Assembly: GCA_043228905.1 (NCBI GenBank)
Contig: JBHGNT010000001.1
Location: forward strand, 30,256,001-30,320,000
Direction: 5' to 3'
DNA length: 64,000 nt
Source: Azolla caroliniana
Taxonomy: Eukaryota > Plantae > Polypodiophyta
Numbering within the stretch: position 1 is the stretch's first letter; each line of letters opens with the position of its first letter. Shown here piece after piece: positions 22,994 through 34,387 of the stretch. The position numbers and the translations under genes were made by a program. A model generated the notes under the pieces. That model worked only from the letters and a program-made list of their open reading frames with translations, ran no database searches and was not told where the DNA came from.

Positions 22994-25900
22994 GTTGTCA
23001 CAACATATTTGTGTATGTCAATAACAACATTTAAATCCATTAAGCAAATTGCTAAACTAGTATGTCATCAGATTAAATATGTTAATCGTTCAGTGAAATG
23101 AAACTTATAGAAGTGCATAAAGATATTAAAAGAGTTTATATAATTGGACTATAAAGGTATGACCTCAAACCTAAGTTATTGAATTCTATCCTTATACAAA
23201 CCTAAAGTCATCTGTTATGCCAAAACATCTGGTAATACCAAAATATATATCACGTCTGAACAGAGGAGCCAAATGGGCAAGTCGGAATAAAACCACAATC
23301 AGCAATTATTTACATGCGCCAAAGAGGATTTTGTCACCTTTTTGAAACCATGTTTATCTATGTTTTAGCAATAACTAGAAAGAAATATTTACACGGGAGG
23401 AAGAAAGATGTCAATTCTTAAGAAAACATAATTATTTATGTTTCAAACAATGGATGATATCTTATCTGCATCCACCTCTTGGATTATCCCATTGATCATA
23501 TCCATACCAACAGAGTCTAATTCACCTCATAATATCTCTTTGAGCTTGTCACAATCAATGAATCCATCACCATGTGTGTCAAAGAATGAGATGGCATTTT
23601 CCAAATATTCATAATTATCCATCCTTCGCAAAAAAATTGTAATGGATAGAAATTCACCATAGTCCAGAGTTCCATTCCCATTGACATCCATCCTTCACAA
23701 GTGAATTGTGACGGCCACAAATTCAACATAGTCCATAGTTCCATTCTATTGGTATCTTCCTGGAAAAGACTGCATATAAAAGTATTTAGAAAATACGTGG
23801 AGATAACTTTGAAAATTCCATGACAGTTTATATAAACAATGAGACCACTATGATCTAAACATTAAAATTCACACAGTTGTAATGTGCAGCTTAAGACATC
23901 TTCACTCCAAAAACAAACATGTCCATTGAATAACACAGCATATTGAAAGAATTGTTACATGCATGATCATTTACTGAATCTTTCAATTGGATGAACTCCC
24001 AAAAAACCCTGATTTTGTTTCCTCAAACGCCCATGATTTTTCATTATTTCACCAAATGCCCTTGGTAAACCCCAAAAAAGAGAAAAGAGGATTGAGTTCA
24101 CCATATATCTGCTCAAAGAGCACATATAATTGATAAAAGGGGATGAATTGACCATAGCATAACTGCTCACTTAGCACATATAGTTGCTCTTTGGGGCATT
24201 GACATAGGGTATTTAGAACATTTGAGTAAACGTATTAGCATTTGAGTAAATAACAAAAAACTCAGGGGTATTCCTGAGTTTATACCCTAAAATTGAAGCA
24301 TACAGAGGAAACATCTCACAAAGGACAACCAAAAAGAATATATTTACTGCTTCCATTAACTGTTGAATTCAGACTCGCCAAGCAGTAACACATTTTTATA
24401 AAAACCTGAGTTTGTTCACTCAGAGGTAAGAAATACAGTCTTATCAACGTCCATCGAATTACATATGGCCTTTAATGCCTTCAACTTCTTCACCAGTCAA
24501 ACACTCAGCAATTACATGGCACATATGAAGCTCTATCAAATCCGAGCTAGCAAAGCAAAACTGCAAAACTGTAACTTTGATTTCAGACATGACGGAGATG
24601 AAAGAACGAACTATAAAACTATAATAACGAGCAATCATCTGAGCATTTTATAGTCAGATAGGAGAAACAAAACAAGGCCTAGTTGACCCACAATGTTAAG
24701 AGTGCAATTAGTCATGAGATCTCATCCACACAAATAAAATCCTAGCTAACAAAGTAAAACTCTTAAGTTGACTTCATGATTGAAGAGGATGAAAGAATGA
24801 GCTATAACAATGAAGAATCTTCCTAGCGTTCCCATCAAATAAGAACAAAAACACCTCTTAAGATGCCAAAAAGCCCTAGTTGGTCTAAAAATGTCACCGA
24901 GCAATGCATCATGAGATCTTGTCCAGAAAAAACCAAAATAGTTCAAGCATTTTAGACTAAATAAGGGAATTAAATAATACCTAATGACGTCAGTGCAGCT
25001 TTAAAATGTCACCATGTCATCAATACAAAAATTAAAATATACAGGAGCTGAAACTTATGAAGTATAAAGCTACCTCGGTAGAGGCTAAGACTATCACAGA
25101 GGCTGTGTGATAGAGATAAATTAATAATAATAGTTATTGAGGAACACCCAAGAATGGTTTGTGGGCATCACGCTAAAATGATTCGCATTGGTGTTTGCAG
25201 CATAGTGAGTTTCTTCCTTATCAAATTAATAACAAAGATATCCTAGAAGTGGGAGATTGGCACTTGTCTCTGCTTGTTGAATTTGCATCTTAACCTCTTA
25301 AAGGTAATGCTAAAGTGAAACGACTACTGGACAATTTGCCACAATTGCACATAAATCCCACTGTCGTAGGCCTAAAATCCATGGGCAACCTTAATTTGGA
25401 AAAACCAGACCTTATATACACATGTATGACATTAAGCCCTAATTGTGAACGGCAAGTTTGCTAAATTGCAAGTAATGTAGCTTATCATAAGTATCCAAGT
25501 ACGATGTACTGCAGTGAGAATCGATCTGTCTCTGGATAAAACAGAGAAAAACTTCAAACTGGTCTTCACATTCTCAATGCTTTTCAAAACAAACAGTCAT
25601 TCTTGAATCTATATTACTTAAAGTAGAACTAGGGATATCACGATACCTCAATATGTTCATCATAAATAAGATGATCATTTTACACCGATTTGACCCACCT
25701 TTGGTACTTGAATATAATGAGTTTGAAATTTGTAATTACAGAAGTCTGACTATATCAAAAACAGTCCAAACTTCATCATGCCAGATTATGTCATGGGAAG
25801 ATTAAAATGAAATCCATTGCACGCTTTAACAGCAAAGCAAACATATTGTCTACGTCACACATCAGCAACAATGCATTTTCATGTAACCAGTCTTCAAGAT

Positions 25901-26840
25901 ATGTCCTTATGATGAGATCAAATCACAAGATTGTGAAATCCTCATCAATTGCATATTCATATAATTAAAGAATCTTCACTCTTAAATGTCATTTTTTGAG
26001 AAACATACTAACCATATAATCTGAATAAAAAAGACTTACTCTTGATGTTTTTTTCTTGAGCTTGTTCATGGTTGAAATATGTTTCAACCGAGAGAGCACT
26101 GCATGTATGATCTACAAGAAAATTTTATAAGTACTATGAGAAGTCCCTTTCAGATCATTATGTTACACAAGGAATCATCTAGATGAAATTAGAATACAAA
26201 ACTGTGAGATCCTCATAGATTGCATATCCATATTTTAAAGAATCTTCACTCTTAATGTCTTTTTTTGAGAAGCATACTAGCCATACAACCTGAATAAAAA
26301 AGTCTTAATTTTGATGCCTTTTTCTTGAGATTGTTCATGGTTGAAAGATGTTCCAACCTAGAGAGCACTGCATCACCAAGAATATCTAGAGCTCTATTAC
26401 TATTTTGAAGCCATGTATGATCTACAAGAAAATTTTGTAAATACTATGAGAAGTATCTTCCAGATCATCATGTTACACAAGTCATCATATAGAAATACCA
26501 AGGATTTAGTCTGTTAATCGTACTCATGGATCACGTTCAAACATTTGGCGAACAAGTGATTTTGCACTTTTCTGAAACTTTTGGCCAAGGATCCTTCTTG
26601 AAATCAATATTACAACCTAATATTTCTCGAGTAACCCCTTGTTCTAATTCTGCAAATCCATTTGAAAGTAGCAGCAAATAAGAATAAAGTCTATACATGG
26701 AAAGGAGATCATACAGCGGTGAAGAAGTGAAAAGAACCTGCCCAACAAGGTGGGACTCCACATAAGAGAATATAAACGATCACATCAGCACTTCTGAATC
26801 AACTTTGGACTATTATTTCGTTTTAGCGCCATAGCAGCCC

Positions 26841-29275
26841 TGTCCTGATCCTAAGTCACCTAAATTCGTAATTAGTAGAGATGTTACTTTTGATGAATCT
26901 GCTCTACTAAATCCTCGAAAGGAGCCTGTGTTTTCTTCTGATACATATAAGACAGGAAGTACATCAAAGCAGGTGGAGCTTGAAGTTCCAAGTCCACCAG
27001 TGATGGCTGAAACACCTGCTCCTGAATCTGTAGAAGAGGAGCCTGATGTCGTAGAAGAAACACCTCCTGAGGAAGAACGAAGTATTGCAAGAGATAGACC
27101 AAGAAGAGAAATTAGACCACCACAGAGATATGCTGATATTGTTGCATATGCTTTATCAGTTGGAGAAGAAACAAATTCTATTGGCGAGCCAGCTTCTTAC
27201 TCTGAAGCCGTTTCTTCTGTTGATTCCACCAAGTGGTTGTTTTCTATGCAAGAAGAAATTGAGTCTCTTTATAAAAACAAAACTTGGGTACTTGTGAAGC
27301 CGCCAGCTAGAAAAAGGATTGTTGGCTGTAAATGGATCTTCAAAATAAAGGTAGGAATTCTTGGAGTGGAGAAAGCAAGGTACAAGGCACGGTTAGTAGC
27401 TAAAGGCTACAGTCAGGTACCAGGTGTTGATTTTAATGATATTTTCTCACCTGTTGTGAAACATAGTTCTATTCGTGTCTTGCTTGCATTAGTTGCTATG
27501 CATGATTTGGAGTTAGAACAACTTGATGTAAAAACCGCATTTTTGCATGGTGAACTTCAAGAATACATTTACATGCAACAACCAAAAGGGTTTGTTGTTG
27601 AAGGAAAAGAAGATCATGTTTGCCTGTTGAAGAAATCATTATACGGTTTAAAACAGTCTTCGAGACAGTGGTACAAGCGATTTGATTCCTTTATCGTTGG
27701 CAACGGATACTCAAGAAGCCGTTATGACAATTGTGTCTATTTCAGGAAGACTCATGATGGTTCATTTATCTATCTGCTTCTTTATGTTGATCACATGTTG
27801 ATTGCAGCTAAAAATATGTCGGATATTGAAGAATTAAAGAAGCAGTTGAACAGAGTGTTCGAGATGAAGGATCTTGGTGCAGCAAAAAGGATCCTTGGCA
27901 TGAAAATCGAAAGAGATCGTATTGGTGGAAAGCTGTATTTAACTCAGAAGAGTTATATTGAGAAAGTGTTGGAGAGGTTTGGTATGAAAAATGCTAAACC
28001 AGTATCGACTCCGTTTGCAGCACATTTTAAGTTATCAGCTTCTTTATCACCAAAGTCAGATAATGAAAAGAGATACATGGCAAGAGTCCCTACTCCAGTG
28101 CAGTTGGTAGCATGATGTATGCTATGGTTTGTACACATGCAGATATTTCACATGCTGTGAGTGTGGTCAGCAGATACATGGCTTGTCCTGGAAAATCACA
28201 CTGGAACGCAGTGAAATGGATTCTAAGATATTTGCGTGGGACTTAAAACGCTTATCTGGAGTAGTAGTTCTCTAGTTGGCTATGTTGACTCTGACTATGA
28301 TGGTGATCTTGATAAAAGAAGATCACTCACAGGGTATGTATTCACTCTGGGTGGAAGTGCAGTTAGCTGGAAAGCTTCGTTACAGCCCGTGGTTGCGTTA
28401 TCAACGACAGAGGCAGAGTACATTGCAGTGACAGAGGTGATTAAAGAAGGGATCTGGTTAAGAGGCTTACTTGGGGAGCTCAGTTCTTGTTCGGACAAGA
28501 TCGACATTTTATGTGATAGTCAAAGTGCCATTCATTTGACTAAAGATCAGATGTTCCATGAAAGAGCTAAGCACATCGATATCAAGTATCACTTTGTTCG
28601 TGATGTTATTTCGCAGGGTGATATCTTAGTGAAAAAGATTTCAACTTATGAAAATCCCGCAGATATGTTAATTGCTTGAATCCCGCTTCTTCCAAGAATC
28701 AAGTTCAAGCATTGCTTGAATTTGATTGGTGTTGCCGATAATTGAGTTATCTGGCAAAGGTGGAGTGAGACTACTATCAAATTCAAGTCAAGGTGGAGAT
28801 TTGTTAAATGACTAGAATTAATTTTTGTGGTTTATGAAAAGCCACGTCTCTCATCTGCATGAAGTATATATAAAGGCCCATGCATGCATCATTATCATGC
28901 AAAAGTTAGTGAAGTGAGGCCTATATATATAAAGGCAGCCTTAGTCATTTAAAAAGCATGAACACCGAGAGTTGTAGGCTTGTGAGATTTGAGAGAATTA
29001 GAGAGTTGGGAAACACCATTTTTAGAGAATTCTTGTGAGAGAATTGTGAGGTTATTCTCTTGGGTGTTGGGTTTAATTGGAGAATAATTTCTCTAATTGT
29101 TGTAAACTCTCCGTTACATTTTCTTATAGTGGAATCACTCTCCTTTCCGTGGACGTAGGCTAATTTAGCCGAACCACGTAAATACTCATGTCATTTATTT
29201 CTCCGCTCCTATATTATCATATTATTGTTTTCTATTTAATCTAATGTACTATTTGATCCAAGTGTCATCCTAACA
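26841..29275 (+). mobile_element. 5'-truncated Ty1/copia LTR retrotransposon (Tnt1/Tork-like): integrase C-terminus, RT, RNaseH, PPT, 3' LTR
   Basis: Starts mid-integrase (CPDPKSPKFVISRDVTFDES). RT motifs YKARLVAKGYSQ, QLDVKTAFLHG, SLYGLKQS, LLYVDH (YVDD mutated). RNase[42 protein letters not shown] aaggtggagat, then LTR tgtta...taaca at 28802-29275. Frameshifts near 28090 and 28245. Confidence 0.95.
28802..29275 (+). repeat. 3' LTR of the copia element (~474 bp)
   Basis: TG...CA termini with a 5-bp inverted end (tgtta/taaca), TATA-like tatatatataaa at 28922, and ccgtggacgtagg...gccgaaccacgtaaa typical of copia U5. Confidence 0.9.
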
Positions 29276-32180
29276 AGCACCATAGCAGCCCTGTCATAGA
29301 CTTCTTACCATCTCAATGAATTGTTTTCCTGAGGATTAGAAAGGTAGCAGTACATTTCAGAAAAGTTTACATCCTTTCTCGAAGATACAGAGCAGAATTA
29401 TAGTTTTTACCTAGCCTAAAGGACATTTGACAATCCAAACTCTACAGCTTTCAAAGGTGAATACTCTTTTTTTGACGTTATGACAAACGACACCATGCTT
29501 GTGAAACACCTGCTTACAAAATACATGTGAGTGCATTGTATCCTATCATGATACATATATAACAGTTTTCTGCTCCCATACAGAAAAAATCCACAGAAAA
29601 CAAGACCAGGAAGACAGAGAAAAATTGCTTCTAGATTCAATTTGTATGAGACGCCTAAAAAACCTTAGTATAGCAGGAGGCAAACATCATAACAGTTTCT
29701 TCGCACACATGTGTATGCCTAGCATGCTACACATAAGACAGTTCTCTTTGCTTGTAAAAATGCTTCTAGGTTTGGTAAAAGCATACCACCTTTAGTATAG
29801 AAGCTATGATGACCTATTTGATTTTTTGAAGGAGATTGATTCACTCCAGAAATAGTGCACTAACTGCAGCAGCTGCTCCAGTCACTGTAATGCCCTCTCG
29901 CTACAATATGGTCAAAGATCTCTCCACCTTCACAAAGCTACATCATGAAATAAATGCATTATCATCTTCATATGCCCCTTCAAGATTCAGAACATGGATG
30001 TTTTGGCATAATCCTCATGATATTTAACTACAGTTGCTGCTCTGGTCCCTATAATGCCCGCTTGCTACAATACCATCAAAGAGCTCTCCAGCTTCGTACT
30101 GCTCCATTTTGAGATAAATGCATTATCATCTTCATAGGCACCTATTTGATCATGTTTTAAAGGAGATATTTACCTGACCCACTTCGAGGATAGTGCATTA
30201 ACCCTAAAGCCAGATGAATTCAGAGGCACATTACAAGCCATTTAGCAATATTCTCAGACTGATTACCATTCTCGAACTCTTGTTTAATTTCCATCATTTT
30301 ACATGGAACAAAATGGCTGCCAACAGTACGTTCTTGTGAACCAATAAATACACAGAAATGTGATAAAATGATCAAGAACATGTGTGAGAGAACAATGAAT
30401 CACATTTCCCCCATAAATCCAGCTACAGAAAAAATACCAGACTGATTGGCATCCTCTGACAATTGCCTAATTTCCAAACCTTTAGATGCAAAGGAGATGA
30501 TTGACAGGTTGCCAAAACTGAACAATTGTAAACAAATAAACACATAGAAATGCGTAACTATTTCTTGATTTACACAATGTGTGAGAAAACACTGAAATCA
30601 CATTTCACTTAGGCAGTCCAGCTAAAACAAAGTACCTGCTTTTTTTCTTCTTACGACAGTCTCAAAGGATGGAAACGCACAGAATGCATTGTAAATCACA
30701 ATTCACAATATGATCTGATAACAGAAGAACAGCAAAACAGCAAAGTTCACGATTTTTTGTTCAAAATGAAAAAACTTGTAAATCAGGATTCAGCCTTTGC
30801 TCTTGCTAGTGACGTAGCAAAAAAGATACTTGCTTGCATTGCTCCTGTCTTTTATTCTGCTAAAAAGACGCCAGGAAAGACTAAGAAGCTCACAAAGAAT
30901 TGTTTCCATTGAACTTCATTCTTTTAACCTTTAAGACAGTTTGAAAAGACTAAGAAGCGTGATCTAGCGAAGTGAAATGATGGAAACACTTGGTTTGTGT
31001 ATTCAACAAAAATTGCAATCATTCGTACATAATTCAGAAGAACAGAGAAAAATGACTGCTTACTGAAAAAAGGCAACATTTCATTCATTCTCGAGAACTG
31101 AGATAGTAGGATGAGAAGATGGAAAACATTCACCTGATGGTAGTAATGATTACTTCTCTATATGTATCAGCGTCGATAAACCCCTAAACACACCAGATAC
31201 TATGTTGGGAACATTGAAACTAAAACTAAGAAAAGAGACGGATTGCTCTTCAGTAGTGACGCACAGTTCATTCATCTTGATCTGGCTACAGACAAACCTG
31301 ATTGGAAATTCATGTTTTACTTCTCTTTTATCTTTGCTATAGCAATCTTCAGAACCGGCTACAGAGAACCGAAAAGGAGAAAATATTGAAAAGTTTTACG
31401 AGTAAGAGAAGGGAGAGGATCTATATTTACGAAAGAAATACCTGATTTTTTTCTTCTTCTGCTAAACCACAACTTTCAAAAACTGGGATGTGCGATTTAG
31501 TACGAGGAAAAATGATGGAAATGGTTCAGGTACGTGTTGCAAATCATATTACAGTCGGTATCCGATCCGGCTACAGAAAAACCAGAATAGACGAAATGAT
31601 TCAAACGATTAAACTGTGTGAAAGGAAGATATAAACTGGCTTTCGTCAACCAAAAACCTCTGCATATGAAGAATCATAAGTCAGTCCTCGGATCTGACTA
31701 AAGAAAACGAAACTCGATCGGCTAAACAGAGGATGGAACCCGATCCATCTGAAACGGAAATAAAGAAACGATGGTAAATTTAACGAGCTAAAGAACCCAA
31801 GAAACGATACAAATATGCTTCATGCACAGGATGAATCGCTTTGGCACTCTTCCGATCCGTCTATAGAAGAAAACGATGGAAAACCTCCAACCAAGGGATC
31901 GAGAATTGCAGTCTTTCGATTCACCTACCGTCGAAACGAGAGACCGCTGAGCTTTAACGATAATTGAAAGGTTTCAATGTTCTTTATCTTCATCATCATC
32001 ATCATCTTCTTCTTCTTCTTCTTCTTCTTCTTCTTCTTCTTCTTCTTCTTCTGTGACTGGAGTCAGTCAATCTGTGAATGAAAAGCGTGACCTAACGTGA
32101 GGAGAGAGGAAAGATGGAAACATTTTCACCTGAATGCCGAAACTGCAGGTGCACGTCCACGCAGCGGGCGATGACCAAGG

Positions 32181-32225
32181 GTGGGTTAGGGTTTAAGGGG
32201 GTTTAAGGGTTTAGGGGTTTAGGGG
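32181..32225 (-). promoter_or_regulatory. Cluster of telomere-like (telo-box, AAACCCT) motifs at a probable promoter or first exon
   Basis: gggttagggtttaagggggtttaagggtttaggggtttagggg. On the minus strand it is followed by a GC-rich segment and a cag|gtgaaa donor at ~32130, then a (GAA)n run. Confidence 0.55.
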
Positions 32226-32399
32226 CTTCCATTTTCTGCATTTTCTTATTTCTTCGAATGCCCCCTTAAATTCTCACTTCTCCTTTATTTCTCCAAATGC
32301 CCCTTTATAGGTTCCCATTCAACGGACTAACTAACTAATGTAACCATCCTAACATATGGCCATTAATACAAATCATGACGCCATGGAAACACTAGAGTA

Positions 32400-34340
32400 G
32401 CTCATTCACCATACAGTCTTAGACCGGCGCTTCGATTACAAAGTCTCGGAGCATTACTGTTCTAAAATCTATGTGGGCCCAATAATCTCCTAGCTTGGAC
32501 TCAACATGTGGATCATGTGGATCCTAGCAATTGGTCCATGACTACTCTGCCTGATTATGTCTTTGCGCGACAGACACGACCCCCCCCCCCCCCATGACAA
32601 ATCGCCCATATCTCAGTAATCATCATTGACCATTTGGCCCATATATCACCTAGTTTGCTCAGCTCATGACTAACTGCACAAAATCCATTCTTGTACATGT
32701 CAACCCTTGTATGAAGTCGATGGTTCATATCACTGTACACTTGGGAGTTTATTGTTGCATATCAAATGTGATGGGCAACTACATCCACTTGTTTTTCATT
32801 CACAAAAGTCTGAAGTTGTAGAAATAAACTACAACCATTGTGGGTGCTTTTGAGTAGGTGTGTCGCCTACTTGAGGTTTCTTCCCACCTTATTATTATCT
32901 ACCGTGATTACAAGAATATCACATATATTTGAGAATCCTCAAGTCTAAGTCACTGACAAGCTTGTTGGGCACAATATCTCAAGTGTTTTAACTTCTAGAC
33001 CTTGAATCATCTAGGAACGCAACAAGGTGGAAGTTAAACTGTATGAGAGATCGTGCTAGTTCTCTTAGGTTTTGATTGCATGCAATTAGTGGTATCTAAT
33101 GTATTTGAAACGCTTGCAACGTCCAAGTTTTCTTTATTCCATCCTTGTTAATATATGTGCAAATGTTGTTGCTCACAATTCGATAGATCACATTCTTCCA
33201 AAATATGTTTTTTGCTTGCAATCCAAAGAGTTCCAATGAATGTCCTTCTTGCTTACAAACATCTCATCCTCAAAGGGACTTGATGCCATTATTATTACAG
33301 CAAGATTGGACTATTTCGGCCCCATCAATTCAAATTGTTGATAGGTTGAGTATTCGAAGGCGTTATTGTTTTGGATTCCAAGCTTGTCCATAGCAAGATA
33401 TACTACCTATGTGGATTGGTTATGGGGCCAACAATAACACAAAAAGCTTTATGATAGAGAAAAGGATAGGTCATTTTGGTTTCTTCTTCAATGGTTCTAC
33501 ATTGGGGGGGGGGGGGGGGGGGGGGGGCTCCTTCATCATGTTCTATTTTAGTTTTGCATTGGGTGAGAGAGTATTTAAGGTTTTTATCTTGCTAAAAAAA
33601 GGTAGTGAAAGGAGGAACAAAGGGTAGAGAAAAGAGGTATACCAAAAGAGGGTGTGTAAAGCCAAAACAACAAAAAGGTGTGGCGACCGTTGTTTGTAGG
33701 AGGGGGGGGGGGGGGGGCTCCTTCATCATGTTCTATTTTAGTTTTGCATTGGGTGAGAGAGTATTTAAGGTTTTTATCTTGCTAAAAAAAGGTAGTGAAA
33801 GGAGGAACAAAGGGTAGAGAAAAGAGGGTGTGTAAAGCCAAAACAACAAAAAGGTGTGGCGACCGTTGTTTGTAGGGGGGGGGGGGGGGGGGGGGCTCCT
33901 TCATCATGTTCTATTTTAGTTTTGCATTGGGTGAGAGAGTATTTAAGGTTTTTATCTTGCTAAAAAAAGGTAGTGAAAGGAGGAACAAAGGGTAGAGAAA
34001 AGAGGTATACCAAAAGAGGGTGTGTAAAGCCAAAACAACAAAAAGGTGTGGCGATCGTTGTTCGTGAACTCGGGTCACTAACATTCATAGTCTTTCCTCT
34101 CATTATAATCACTATTGTAAACACTTTCATAATCACCATTGCCATTATTTTGTAATCACATTATAACCCCTTATTTTAGAGAGAGATTGAGAGAGGTCAA
34201 ATTATGACGCAGGCGAAAGGAGAGGGAATGACTCGACTTGAGTGTGAGCTTTCCATGATTCAAGTTCATGATTTTCTCAAGTCTAGGTTTTCTCAACTAT
34301 GAGTTTTCCTAGAGTCTAAGCTTTCCTCGACTAGAATCAA
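32400..34340 (-). mobile_element. Degenerate DNA-transposon-like remnant (possibly MULE with OTU-like fragment)
   Basis: Weak. Minus-strand fragments NGFCAVSHEL (cf. OTU DGNCGFRAVA) and CKQEGH (knuckle-like), with no intact ORF. Confidence 0.25.
33503..34062. repeat. ~190-bp tandem repeat, 3 near-identical copies, each headed by a long poly-G run
   Basis: (G)n-ctccttcatcatgttctattttag...aaaggtgtggcga.cgttgtt units begin at ~33503, ~33701 and ~33875. Copy 2 lacks a 16-bp internal piece. Confidence 0.95.
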
Positions 34341-34387
34341 ATCTTCGAGCTTGACAATATTATTTCACAAGGGGGATTACACAAGGT

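Larger units (their letters stand above)
22620..30215 (-). pseudogene. Unprocessed CDPK pseudogene (resembles the CPK7/8/13 group), with stops, frameshifts, duplications and a copia insertion
   Basis: Collinear minus-strand remnants: GAYEDDNA..CEGGEIFDHIVARGHY (29850-30140); HKHGV and KKEYSPLKAVEFGLS (29420-29510); KQFIEMV..VLKRN (29330-29276 and 26830-26810); YILLCGVPPCWA|EQGV..ILGCNIDFKKDPWPKVSEK (26790-26560); junction WLQN...LGDAVLSRLEHLSTMNNLKK (26420-26310); EF-hands DVNGNGTLDYGEF..FDTHGDGFIDCDKL..IQEVDADK (23750-23460); C-terminus MMRIGTDRRKASRCYSRGWFASLNLKL (22712-22620). Introns are retained. The N-terminus and Gly-rich loop were not found. Confidence 0.88.

Noticed and set aside
21000-32200. 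Intronic snoRNA cluster in the putative non-coding transcript
   Set aside because: C-box-like RTGATGA motifs (e.g. ~25656 and ~25773, minus strand) have no suitably placed CTGA D-box or terminal stem by eye. A covariance-model search would be needed to exclude it fully.
32100-32300. Telomerase RNA gene or true interstitial telomere
   Set aside because: Only a few imperfect TTTAGGG-like units. I saw no USE+TATA Pol III promoter or conserved TR elements, and the context fits telo-boxes at a Pol II 5' end.
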